Position numbers and translations under genes: made by a program. A DNA stretch of 64,000 nt from Macrostomum lignano (lineage: Eukaryota): positions 186,001-250,000 of the forward strand of contig NIVC01000617.1 in assembly GCA_002269645.1 (NCBI GenBank), read 5' to 3'. Shown piece by piece: positions 47,360 through 59,200 of this stretch; positions within the stretch are counted from its first letter, which is position 1, and each line of letters opens with the position of its first letter. Below the pieces are notes generated by a model, which did not search any database, had not been told where the DNA came from, and was given only the letters and a program-made list of their open reading frames with translations.

Positions 47360-47815
47360 AAAAGGGCCGTTTTGTGGTAGCCTGTTCAAAAACGGCCGTA
47401 TTATGGTCGACTGTTCAAAAAGGGCTGTTTTTTAGTAGGCAGTTTTGTGGTAGACTGTTCAAAAAGGGCCGTGTTGTGGTAGACTGTTCAAAAAGGGCCG
47501 TTTTGTGGTAGACTGTTCAAAAACGGCCGTTTTGTGGTAGACTGTTCAAAAAGGGCCGTGTTGTGGTAGACTGTTCAAAAAAGGGCCGTTTTATGCTAGA
47601 CTGTTCAAAAAGGGCCGTTTGGTGGTAGACTGTTCAAAAAGGGCCGTTTTATGCTAGACTGTTCAAAAAGGGCCGTTTTATGCTAGACTGTTTAAAAAAG
47701 GGCCGTATTATAGTGTAGACTGTTCAAAAGGGGCCGTATTATAGTGTAGACTGTTCAAAAGGGGCCGTTTTGTAGTGTAGACTATTCAACGGACTGTTTG
47801 AACCGGGCCGTTTTA
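47360..47815. repeat. ~29-bp minisatellite (AAAAGGGCCGTTTTGTGGTAGACTGTTC)n
   Basis: About 14 variant copies downstream of PDK. Confidence 0.93.
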
Positions 47816-49249
47816 AAACATAAAACTCTATAAATAAACTGAAGATAGTAAATAAGTGTTTGAAAAAAAACTGCTGCATCGACTTCAATTATAGTTATAA
47901 ATGAATATTAAATTATATTTTGTGAAGCCTGTCAATTTTTGTCGTTAACGTTTGATGTGTTTTCTGAATTTTTGCTTCCTTTAAAAAAGCCTATAACTTT
48001 GTCTTTTCAGTTGTATCAGTTGGTTATTTATAATTATTATTTATGCCGCAAACGTACACCATTATTCTGTGCGTTTCAGTTCAGATATGTTATTGTCTGG
48101 TCTATTTAGTTAAAAATAAAGTTTATTTTTTAATGATTATAAGTAGATAAAATATAATCTTTATCTCTAATCTAGTAAAAGAAAACCATTAAAATGGAGT
48201 AAGACTCTTTTAACACTTGAAAATATGAAAAAAAAATCCAAAAATATGTACCTAACTAAATTTTAAAATTCACTATCTATGCATTGTTTGTAAATGTAGC
48301 TTATTAGTGAACTTTTAGTGAAATAGTATAATATTAATTTCTGCAATTTTGAGAATATGTTTCATCGCTCATACTTTAGTAAATACCTGTGATCATGCTA
48401 AAGCATAGTCAAAAGCATTACAAAACAGTAGTATAGTTTCTCATTGCTCGAAGTTTCCTATAGGGTTTTTTTGTTTAAATTCTCACCATCTCTCTTGGTC
48501 AATTAAAATGCTAGAAAAAGCACTGCCTACTTCTAATTCTCTTTTCAGTAGTAGAAGCATTTAGCACAGGTAATTCTTTCTCGAGGACGAATAGACTCGT
48601 AAATAGTTACACAGCTAATGTACATCAGCTAGGATAAAGGGTGAGAGAGATTTTGTGCAATCAACCAATAGGAAGCCGCGCGGTGAAAGATAAGATAAGA
48701 TAAAGAAGTTAATTAGCCAATTTAGTTTATCGTATATCATCATTGAAACCCGTCGCTTCTTTATTTAGTACTTAGCTAAGTAGCTTTGCTGGTGTATCGC
48801 CAGCAGTCACTCGATCGCTTGGCAGGCTCAAAATTAACCAGATAGATATAAGATAAGACTTTCTCTCGATTCAATGCATATTTTTCATGCGTGCGATTTT
48901 TTGTTTGCGTGCTACTTTACTGTACTAGTAGTATTATTGGCGAATACAAACTCTATCGCTCTGGTTTAAGCCCCGTGCTTGCAGCGAACGCCTGTACACT
49001 CTGCTCTTCTCTGCTTTTCGAATGCTCCCAAATCATTGCTGCAGCGTTATTGTTTGATAATAAGCAAAACTGCAAACAACCACAAACTGCCCGTGTGACT
49101 GCGCTACTTGTTTAGTCTTGTCTTTTTTAAATGATAAAAATGCCAATGGCAGAGTTTTCGTTCGATTCTGTTTAACTGGTCTTCTCTTGTGTTCTGTTTG
49201 TTTTGTATGTGTACAAGCTGAAATCAGCAAGGTGGTTCTGCATCCTTAG

Positions 49250-49990
49250 TTCCTAGGCCAGCCTCCCAGAGTGTCAGTTGCTGGGCCAGCCTCCCAGATC
49301 CTCAGTTGCTGGGCCAGCCTCCCAGATCCTCAGTTGTTGGGCCAGCCTCCCAGATCCTCAGATGCTGGGCCAGCCTCCCAGATCCTCAGTTGTTGGGCCA
49401 GCCTCCCAGATCCTCAGTTGCTGGGCCAGCCTCCCAGATCATCAGTTGTTGGGCCAGCCTCTCCCAGATCCTCAGTTGCTGGGCCAGCCTCCCAGATCCT
49501 CAGTTGCTGGGCCAGCCTCCCAGATCCTCAGTTGTTGGGCCAGCCTCCCAGATCCTCAGTTGCTGGGCCAGCCTCCCAGATCCTCAGTTGTTGGGCCAGC
49601 CTCCCAGATCCTCAGTTGCTGGGCCAGCCTCCCAGATCATCAGTTGTTGGGCCAGCCTCTCCCAGATCCTCAGTTGCTGGGCCAGCCTCCCAGATCCTCA
49701 GTTGCTGGGCCAGCCTCCCAGATCCTCAGTTGGTGGGCCAGCCTCCCAGATCCTCAGTTGCTGGGCCAGACTCCCAGATCCCCAGTTTCTGGGCCAGACT
49801 CCCAGATCCTCAGTTGGTGGGCCAGCCTCCCAGATCCTCAGTTGCTGGGCCAGCCTCCCAGATCCTCAGTTGGTGGGCCAGCCTCCCAGATCATCAGTTG
49901 TTGGGCCAGCCTCCCAGATCCTCAGTTGTTGGGCCAGCCTCCCCCAGATCCTCAGTAGTTTCAGGGCTAGGCTCCCAGATCCTCAGTTTT
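49250..49990. repeat. 28-bp minisatellite (GGGCCAGCCTCCCAGATCCTCAGTTGCT)n upstream of the PI3K ATG
   Basis: Period 28. The three overlapping ORFs here are artefacts. Confidence 0.96.
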
Positions 49991-50254
49991 CTAGCCAGCC
50001 TCCCAGAATTTCAGTTGCTGGACCACTCGCCAGAGTCGCCACCCTCAAGTCGGTAGTCAAATAGCAGTTGTAGGTGATCACAAGATGCTACTGTTTAAAA
50101 AACTTTGGCACACTAATTTCGCCATCTCATGAGTCTGACTCGACAACGCCATTATCAGGCCTCCGTTTGATCTCGCCGCCACTAGCTGGCGCCGAAAATT
50201 CTTCAGTCAGAGTAAACAAAATAAAAAAGCAGACAACACCAGCAAACAGACGGC

Positions 50255-53200
50255 ATGGTCGATCAGAACATCCTGCTCGCCTTTGACCCGCTTTACCGCG
50301 GCGGCGGTGGCAGCGGCGGCAGTGACAGTCCCACCGCCGACGACATTTTCGACATCAAATTCCTTGAGGTGGCCGCGACGCCGGCACATCTAGGCCGGTC
50401 TGTGTCGACTCCGACTCCGCCAGTAGTGCAGGGCCTGCCTTCTCTGCCGCCGCCGCCGCCGCCACCGCCGCCGCCTCCGCTGCTAACCTCTACTTCTACT
50501 AGTAGTAGTAACAGCAGCAGCAGCGGTAGTGGCACGAATTTGAATTCAAATTCATTTTCAAGTAATGCCGCTGCCGGCGGCCGACGCACGTCGGCTCCTG
50601 TGCCTGATAATAGTGCGGCGTCAAGTTCTCGGAGATCAGTATCGCCCAGGCTGCCTGTTGTCAGTGCGGCCTCCGCCTCAGTGTCAGACTCTATTGACAC
50701 CACTGTAGCAGCGGCTTATTCGACTAAGGACTCTCGAGTGCCGCTTCTTAAACCGCCTCAACAGCGGCAGGAGAACCGTTCGAATTCTTGTTCGCCAAAT
50801 CCGTCCTCTGTGCAGCCAACTGGAGCAGCAACTCTGTGTTCAGAAGGCGCCGAGTCTGGAACTGGCGACTCGATGGGCGATAGTGTGGTGAGTCTTCTTG
50901 CTTTATTATTATTATATAGTTCTATTTGTACTTATATCCATTTTTTATTATACCGCGCGAATCTGAAGGCTGCGTACGGCTGTTCAGTCCAAAGACTGGG
51001 GGGTCGCCACACACACACTCAATTACCCCAGCTAATGCTGGCACCCATTTTACAGCTGGGTGAGCTGAAGAAATACATAGTTATGTGTCTTGGTCAAGGA
51101 CACAAATCAGTCGTGAGTTCCACGCTCTAAACAGTAAGGCTACATCTCAAGAAAATCGTCCTTGTGGCTTGTCGTTACGATGGGCTAACCCTGAAGACAC
51201 GTACCCGGTAGTGTGTCTGTCTGACAGTGGGAAAGAGAGTGTGTCTTAAACAGCATTCCCGTTGAAAACGTTACCTGTGGCAAGAATCGCTAAAGAATCA
51301 TTGCTGACGACTTATATAGTAACTCCAGCGACTCTGAGGCGACTATCGTGACTTTATTTAACGACTCAAACGACTGTGATGCAACGCACGGAGAGGCGAC
51401 TATTGAGTCACGAGTGTATCGCGTGAGTTGCGGAAACGTAAAATAAGAGTTGCGACAAGAGGTGCCGTAGCCCAGTGGTCTGGCGCTGCGCTCTGATGTG
51501 TCAGCGGCCCAGGCTCGATTCCCAGTGCAGTCACATTAATGCATATACTTTTGGGGCTAAATTGGAATCTCAGCTTGGCTCTGCTCGTACAATTAACACC
51601 CTTGAAGGCCAACCCCCGAGGCACAGTGAAGTGTACATGCCTAACGATAAATACAGTTAGGGCCGCTGTGCACTCCTGTGTGAGTGGTGCCTGTGCGTAT
51701 GACTGCGTACGTATCCGTAATGCAGCAATGCCTCTCGCCGGTTGTGCGACAATGTCGCTTAAAGTGCTCCAGAGACCAGAGTGCACAGCCCCCTGCCTCT
51801 AATGGAAAAATAAAAACTCAAGTAGACTACATAGACAGAGTTTATATAAATGCGAAATACGATTCTTATTCATAAAGTGACCATCGTCCGTTTTCATCGG
51901 GAGAGTTGCAGCTCGGAATCGTCCGCTTGATTGGCTTTATTGTCTATGGCCGAGGCCACAGTTCTTTTTTCATTTTTCTCCATCTTCGTGCATGCTATGC
52001 TACTGTTTAACTTTTACCTAGTAGCAGCGCAGGATTTTATTTTAGGTATAATTTTTCTAGCTAGCCGCATGTAAACTGCTATGGATTAAATAAATCTCCA
52101 TTTTTTTAACAGGGCCATCTGTATCAATGCCGGATTGACAGGGTAATTTGAAAGAAAATTTGAACTGCTTTTTGCAAATTAATGATCAACGTTGTGTTGA
52201 AATTTTTGGCTATTTGCTTTCGTGGTACCTACGAGCTACCTGCCCACACCGCAGTATTGCTAAATCGATATTTATTGTCTTGTACACACTCTTGTCCCAA
52301 TTTGACTTTGATTTTGTTTTACAGTATATGGAAATTTTGATTGAAACTTATACGGCTTTTTGTCAGTAGGTTTAATGCAAAATCTGGCGGTGGTATTAAT
52401 TCCCTACTACACACTTTGTTACTGATAAGCTTAATTATTGGCACCCCTGTTCTATTACTCTGATTATAGCACTCGGCCCTGATTTTTTAGTTCCACTATG
52501 CAGTTGTTCATATGGTATTGACTATTCTAGTCACACTTGTAGGCACTCAAATAGTCACTCTTCTAGTCACTTTTCTAGTCACACAGGTAGTCACTCTTCT
52601 AGTCACACAGGTAGTTACTCTTCTAGTCACACAGGTAGTCACTCTTCTAGTCACACAGGTAGTCACTCTTCTAGTCACACAGGTAGTCACTCTTCTAGTC
52701 ACACAGGTAGTCACTCTTCTAGTCACACAGGTAGTTACTCTTCTAGTCACACAGGTAGTTACTCTTCTAGTCACACAGGTAGTCACTCTTCTAGTCACAC
52801 AGGTAGTCACTCTTCTAGTCACACAGGTAGTCACTCTTCTAGTCACACAGGTAGTCACTCTTCTAGTCACACAGGTAGTCACTCTTCTAGTCACACAGGT
52901 AGTCACTCTTCTAGTCACACAGGTAGTCACTCTTCTAGTCACACAGGTAGTCACTCTTCTAGTCACACAGGTAGTCACTCTTCTAGTCACACAGGTAGTC
53001 ACTCTTCTAGTCACACAGGTAGTCACTCTTCTAGTCACACAGGTAGTCACTCTTCTAGTCACACAGGTAGTCACTCTTCTAGTCACACAGGTAGTCACTC
53101 TTCTTGTCACACAGGTAGTCACTCTTCTAGTCACACAGGTAGTCACTCTTCTAGTCACACAGGTAGTCACTCTTCTAGTCACACAGGTAGTCACTCTTCT

Positions 53201-56200
53201 AGTCACACAGGTAGTCACTCTTCTAGTCACACAGGTAGTCACTCTTCTAGTCACACAGGTAGTCACTCTTCTAGTCACACAGGTAGTCACTCTTCTAGTC
53301 ACACAGTCACTCTTCTAGTCACACAGCTAGTCACTCTTCACGCCGCCATTAGACGCAATCCCATTTTGGGCGTGATTGCACACGGCTTGCACAAATATTT
53401 TCGCGTCTGTCTTGGTGTGTCTTCAAAATTATTCGAAAATAAAAGCTTACTAATTGATAAATAAAATATTCATATACTTATTTATGCTCAGGGTCTTCGA
53501 AGTCCGCGGCCGGGTTTCCAATCCGATTCTCAGTTGCGGAACGCCGTATTGCTAACCGAATCGAATATTCGAGTAGTACCCTGCACCCCAGACCCGGAGC
53601 TGTACCTGTTCTCCGAAGAGATACAGCGAATTCAACGAAACGAATGCCAGCCTAGAGACCCCGCGAATCCAGCGGCCTCGTCACGGCCGGGCGGCGGCGG
53701 CGGCGGCGGACACTTTGTCAATTCTTGCGACAATATTGGCTGCATATTTAATCACGTTAATCCTAGCGGTGTTGTATTTGTCACGGAGGTGCCCGTCACA
53801 CTGCACTTTGCCGGAATTAGCTTTGATACAACTTGGAGTCGTAAGTTTCTACTTATTAGTATTATAGTAGGGTTTTTATACCCATTTTTAACGAGTTATA
53901 GTTCCATTCTAGTATCAAGATAAACTTGGTTAACTTGCTGATTCTAAGAATATCGATATCGATACACTTGGTTAACTTGCTGATTCTAAGAATATCAATA
54001 TCGATACACTTGGATAAAACTTGCTGATTCTAAGAATATCGATATCGATACAATTGGTTCACTTGCTGATTCTAAGAATATCGATATCGATACACTTGGT
54101 TAACTTGCTGATTCTAAGAATATCGATACATTTGGATAAATGTTTGATTCTCAGAATATCGATATCGATACACTTGTGAAACTGAATATTTTTAAGAAAT
54201 CGATATCTATATACTTGGTTAACTGGTTGATTCTAAGAATATCGATATACGAAGTACATAATGATTAATTCATTAATCATTGTTATCGAAATTGTAATGT
54301 CAAAGACGGAAAAGAAACATTAAATTTGTTTTCGGCTTTCCTCAGTATCCAGCAAAGTTGAGGATGTCATGTTCAGCTTGCTATTCGACTCTGCACTCTC
54401 CGATCGCATAGCTAGTTTGTACGGCGAGCGGCAAATGGATGTCAATCAGTTCTTGTTGAGAATCTGCGGTCGCGACGAATATTTGAGACCGTGAGTTCGA
54501 TTGTCTGATTCCCCCTCCAATCTTTCCCTGTCTGATTCCCCCTCCGATATTCTCCTGTCTGATTCCCCCTCCGATCTTTCCCTGTCTGATTCCCCCTCCG
54601 ATCCTCTCCTGTCTGATTTCCCCTCCGATCCTCTCCTGTCTGATTCCCCCTCCGATCCTCTCCTGTCTGATTCCCCCTCCGCTCCTCTCCTGTCTGATTC
54701 CCCCTCCGATCCTCTCCTGTCTGATTCCCCCTCCGCTCCTCTCCTGTCTGATTCCCCCTCCGATCCTCTCCTGTCTGATTCCCCCTCCGATCCTCTCCTG
54801 TCTGATTCCCCCTCCGATCCTCTCCTGTCTGATTCCCCCTCCGCTCCTCTCCTGTCTGATTCCCCCTCCGATCCTCTCCTGTCTGATTCCCCCTCCGATC
54901 CTCTCCTGTCTGATTCCCCCTCCCCTCTTCCCCTGTCTGATTCCCCCTCCCCTCTTTCCCTGTCTGATTTCCCCTCCTCTCTTTCCCTGTCTGATTCCCC
55001 CTCCGATCTTCCCTTGTCTGATTCCCCCTCCGATTCTCCCCTGTCTGATTCCCCCTCTGATCTTCCCTTGTCTGATTACCCCTACGATCTTCCCCTGTCT
55101 GATTCCCCTCAAATTTTTCCCCTGTCTGATTCCCCCTCCAATCTTTCCCTGTCTGATTCCCCCTCCGATCTTTCCCTGTCTGATTCCCCCTCCGATCTTT
55201 CCCTGTCTGATTCCCCCTCCGATTTTTCCCTGTCTGATTCCCCCTCCGATCCTCTCCTGTCTGATTTCCCCTCCGATCCTCTCCTGTCTGATTCCCCCTC
55301 CGATCCTCTCCTGTCTGATTCCCCCTCCGATCCTCTCCTGTCTGATTCCCCCTCCGATCCTCTCCTGTCTGATTCCCCTCCGATCCTCTCCTGTCTGATT
55401 CCCCCTCCGATCTTACCCTGTCTGATTCCCCCTCCGATTTTTCCCTGTCTGATTCCCCCTCCGATCTTCCCTTGTCTGATTCCCCCTCCGATTCTCCCCT
55501 TGTCTGATTCCCCCTCCGATCTTCCCTTGTCTGATTACCCCTACGATCTTCCCCTGTCTGATTCCCCTCAAATTTTTCCCCTGTCTGATTCCCCCTCCGA
55601 TCTTTCCCTGTCTGATTCCCCCTCCGATCTTTCCCTGTCTGATTCCCCCTCCGATATTCTCCTGTCTGATTCAGCCTCCGATCTTTCCCTGTCTGATTCC
55701 CCCTCCGATCCTCTCCTGTCTGATTTCCCCTCCGATCCTCTCCTGTCTGATTCCCCCTCCAATCCTCTCCTGTCTGATTCCCCCTCCGCTCCTCTCCTGT
55801 CTGATTTCCCCTCCGATCCTCTCCTGTCTGATTCCCCCTCCAATCCTCTCCTGTCTGATTCCCCCTCCGCTCCTCTCCTGTCTGATTCCCCCTCCGATCC
55901 TCTCCTGTCTGATTCCCCCTCCGATCCTCTCCTGTCTGATTCCCCCTCCGATCCTCTCCTGTCTGATTCCCCCTCCGATCCTCTCCTGTCTGATTCCCCT
56001 CCGATCCTCTCCTGTCTGATTCCCCCTCCGATCTTACCCTGTCTGATTCCCCCTCCGATTTTTCCCTGTCTGATTCCCCCTCCGATCTTCCCTTGTCTGA
56101 TTCCCCCTCCGATTCTCCCCTGTCTGATTCCCCCTCCGATCTTTCTCTGTCTGATTCCCCCTCCGATATTCTCCTGTCTGATTCCCCCTCCGATCTTTCC

Positions 56201-59200
56201 CTGTCTGATTCCCCCTCCGATCCTCTCCTGTCTGATTCCCCCTCCGATCCTCTCCTGTCTGATTCCCCCTCCGATCCTCTCCTGTCTGATTCCCCCTCCC
56301 CTCTTTCCCTGTCTGATTTCCCCTCCTCTCTTTCCCTGTCTGATTCCCCCTCCGATCTTCCCCTGTCTGATTCCCCCTCCCCTCTCTCCCTGTCTGATTC
56401 CCCCTCCGATCTTCCCCTGTCTGATTCCCCCTCCGATTGTTCCCTGTCTGATTCCCCCTCCGATCTTTCCCTGTCTGATTCCCCCTCCGATTTTTCCCTG
56501 TCTGATTCCCCCTCCGATCTTTCCCTGTCTGATTCCCCCTCCGATCTTTCCCTGTCTGATTCCCCCTCCGATCCTCCCTTGTCTAATTCCCCTCTATCTT
56601 TCCTCTATCGAGCTAAAATCATCATCAGCTGTTGTCACAAAACCCGCAGAGACGAGGCCCTGCGCAGTCACTCCGTATTCCAAGAGACCTGCCGCTGCCA
56701 ACGCTACGAATTCAGCCTGGAGCGCATCAGTGACATCCGCGATCCCCGGCGATTTCTTGGCCGGAGCAAAGAGGATCTGGAGGCCGCCTTTCACCTGCCC
56801 GCAAAGTACAGCAGTTTCAGTTGCGATGTGGACAGGTGAGGCCCAGTTGTCTTATTTTTTACACGGTCTCCCTCTTATTCCGTCTTGTCACTCTTCCTGT
56901 CTCATTCTGTTTTGTCACTCTCCATCCCACTCTGTCTTGTCACTCTCCCTCTCATTCTGTCTTGTCACTCTCCCTCTCGTTCTGCCTTGTCACTCTACTT
57001 CTCACTCTGGCTTGTCACTCTGGCTTGTCACTCTCCCTCTCATTCTGTCTTGTAACTCTACTTTTCACTCTGGCTTGTCACTCTACTTCTCACTCTGGCT
57101 TGTCACTCTACTTCTCACTCTGGGTTGTCACTCTACTTCTCACTCTGGCTTGTCACTCTCCCTCTCATTCTGTCTTGTAACTCTACTTCTCACTCTGGCT
57201 TGTCACTCTCCCTCTCATTCTGTCTTGTAACTCTACTTTTCACTCTGGCTTGTCACTCTACTTCTCACTCTGGCTTGTCACTCTACTTCTCACTCTGGCT
57301 TGTCACTCTACTTCTCACTCTGGCTTATCACTCTCCCTCTCATTCTGTCTTGTAACTCTACTTCTCACTCTGGCTTGTCACTCTCCCTCTCGTTCTGCCC
57401 TGTCACTCTACTTCTCACTCTGGCTTGTCACTCTACTTCTCACTCTCGCTTATCACTCTCCCTCTTACTCTGTCCTGTCACTCCATCCGACTCTGGCTTG
57501 TCACTCTACTTCTCACTCTGGATTGTCACACTCCCTCCCACTCTTTTATGTCACTCTCCCTCTCATTATTTCTTGTCACTCTCCATCCCACTCTGTCCTG
57601 TCAGTCTCCCTCTGTCTTGTCACTCCCTTTCCCGCTTTATTTTGTCACTCCTTTTCTCACTCTGTTTTGTCACTCTCCCTCTCATTCTGTCTTGTAACTC
57701 TCCCCCTCGTTCTACCTTGTCACTTCTCACTCTGGCTTGTCACTTCTCACTTTATCGTCTTTGCCTTAACACCCCAAAGCAAGCAAAGCAATTATAATTA
57801 TTTCTGATGATTAATTCAGAACAATGGATCAAGCAAATCTACAAAAGCACACCCACCCACCCCCGCCTACTCCAGCGCCGCAATCAGCCAGTTGTTAAAC
57901 GAATTTCTGCGCCAAAAACAGGCCCTACTAAGCGGCCAATCGCAGGACTCCAGCCTGACCCATCTGATTCAGATAGTCAAGTTCATCTGCACCAAATGCG
58001 GCAATCTAATTCTGCCAGATATTCTGAGATACATTAACGATATCGAGACTATCATGAAGTATCACCAGCACGAGTTGCCTAGGAATACCCTAGTTGATAA
58101 ATTAGAATTGTTGCAAGAGTCGCTTCTGCAACAGGTGAATTTGTTTTGCTTCTGCTGGTCGGCTAATTATCATTTCTGTTGCGAGGATGCGCAGCTATCA
58201 AAGATATCGACTTGGGACACGCCGTACGGCTGCTGTCAGGCCATGCAGGAAGAGCAGGCTGGCAGTTTTCACGAGTATTTTTACGTCTGCGTCAGTTCGC
58301 TGCATAGGCTGCCTGGCAACGAGTCGTTAAGCTCGCGCTATTCAAAGATTAAAGTCAGCTGCGAGCTGCATCACGGCGAGAAGAGGCTGGACGATTCGGT
58401 GTCTACAGAGGCTGCTTCGCTTGTGTGCCCTATGGAGTGCGAATCGCTTAAGTTTTATGGTGAGTTGTCTGATGGGTTATGTATCAGTGTCTTGTGTGTC
58501 TAGGTATCATGTATCAGTGTCTTGTGTGTCTAGGTATCATGTATCAGTGTCTTGTGTGTCTAGGTATCATGTATCAGTGTCTTGTGTGTCTAGGTATCAT
58601 GTATCAGTGTCTTGTGTGTCTAGGTATCATGTATCAGTGTCTTGTGTGTCTAGGTATCATGTATCAGTGTCTTGTGTGTCTAGGTATCATGTATCAGTGT
58701 CTTGTGTGTCTAGGTATCATGTATCAGTGTCTTGTGTGTGTTTGTGTATCATGTATCAGTGTCTTGTGTGTCTAGGTATCATGTATCAGTGTTTTGTGTG
58801 TCTAGATATCATGTATCAGTGTCTTGTGTGTCTAGGTATCATGTATCAGTGTCTTGTGTGTCTAGATATCATGTATCAGTGTCTTGTGTGTCTATCTATC
58901 AGTGTCTTGTGTGTCTATCTATCAGTGTCTTGTGTCTATCTATCAGTGTCTTGTGTGTCTATCTATCAGTGTCTTGTGTGTCTATCTATCAGTGTCTTGT
59001 GTCTATCTATCAGTGTCTTGTGTGTATCTGTATCATCTATCAGTGTCTTGTGCATCCATGTATCATGTATCAGTGTCTTGTGTTTCTATGTATCATGTAT
59101 CAGTGTCTTGTGTGTCTAGGTATCATGTATCAGTGTCTTGTGTGTCTATCTATCAGTGTCTTGTGTGTCTATCTATCAGTGTCTTGTGTGTCTATCTATC

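Noticed and set aside
49271-50064. Three overlapping Pro/Ser-rich ORFs
   Set aside because: Artefact of a 28-bp repeat.
54501-57230. 909-aa SDSP-rich ORF
   Set aside because: Translation of an intronic minisatellite. The real exon (56650-56835) is in another frame with proper splice sites.
58135-58195. Apparent intron at CAG|GTGAAT in PI3K
   Set aside because: The frame stays open and [11 protein letters not shown] matches the class II helical segment, so it was treated as continuous exon.
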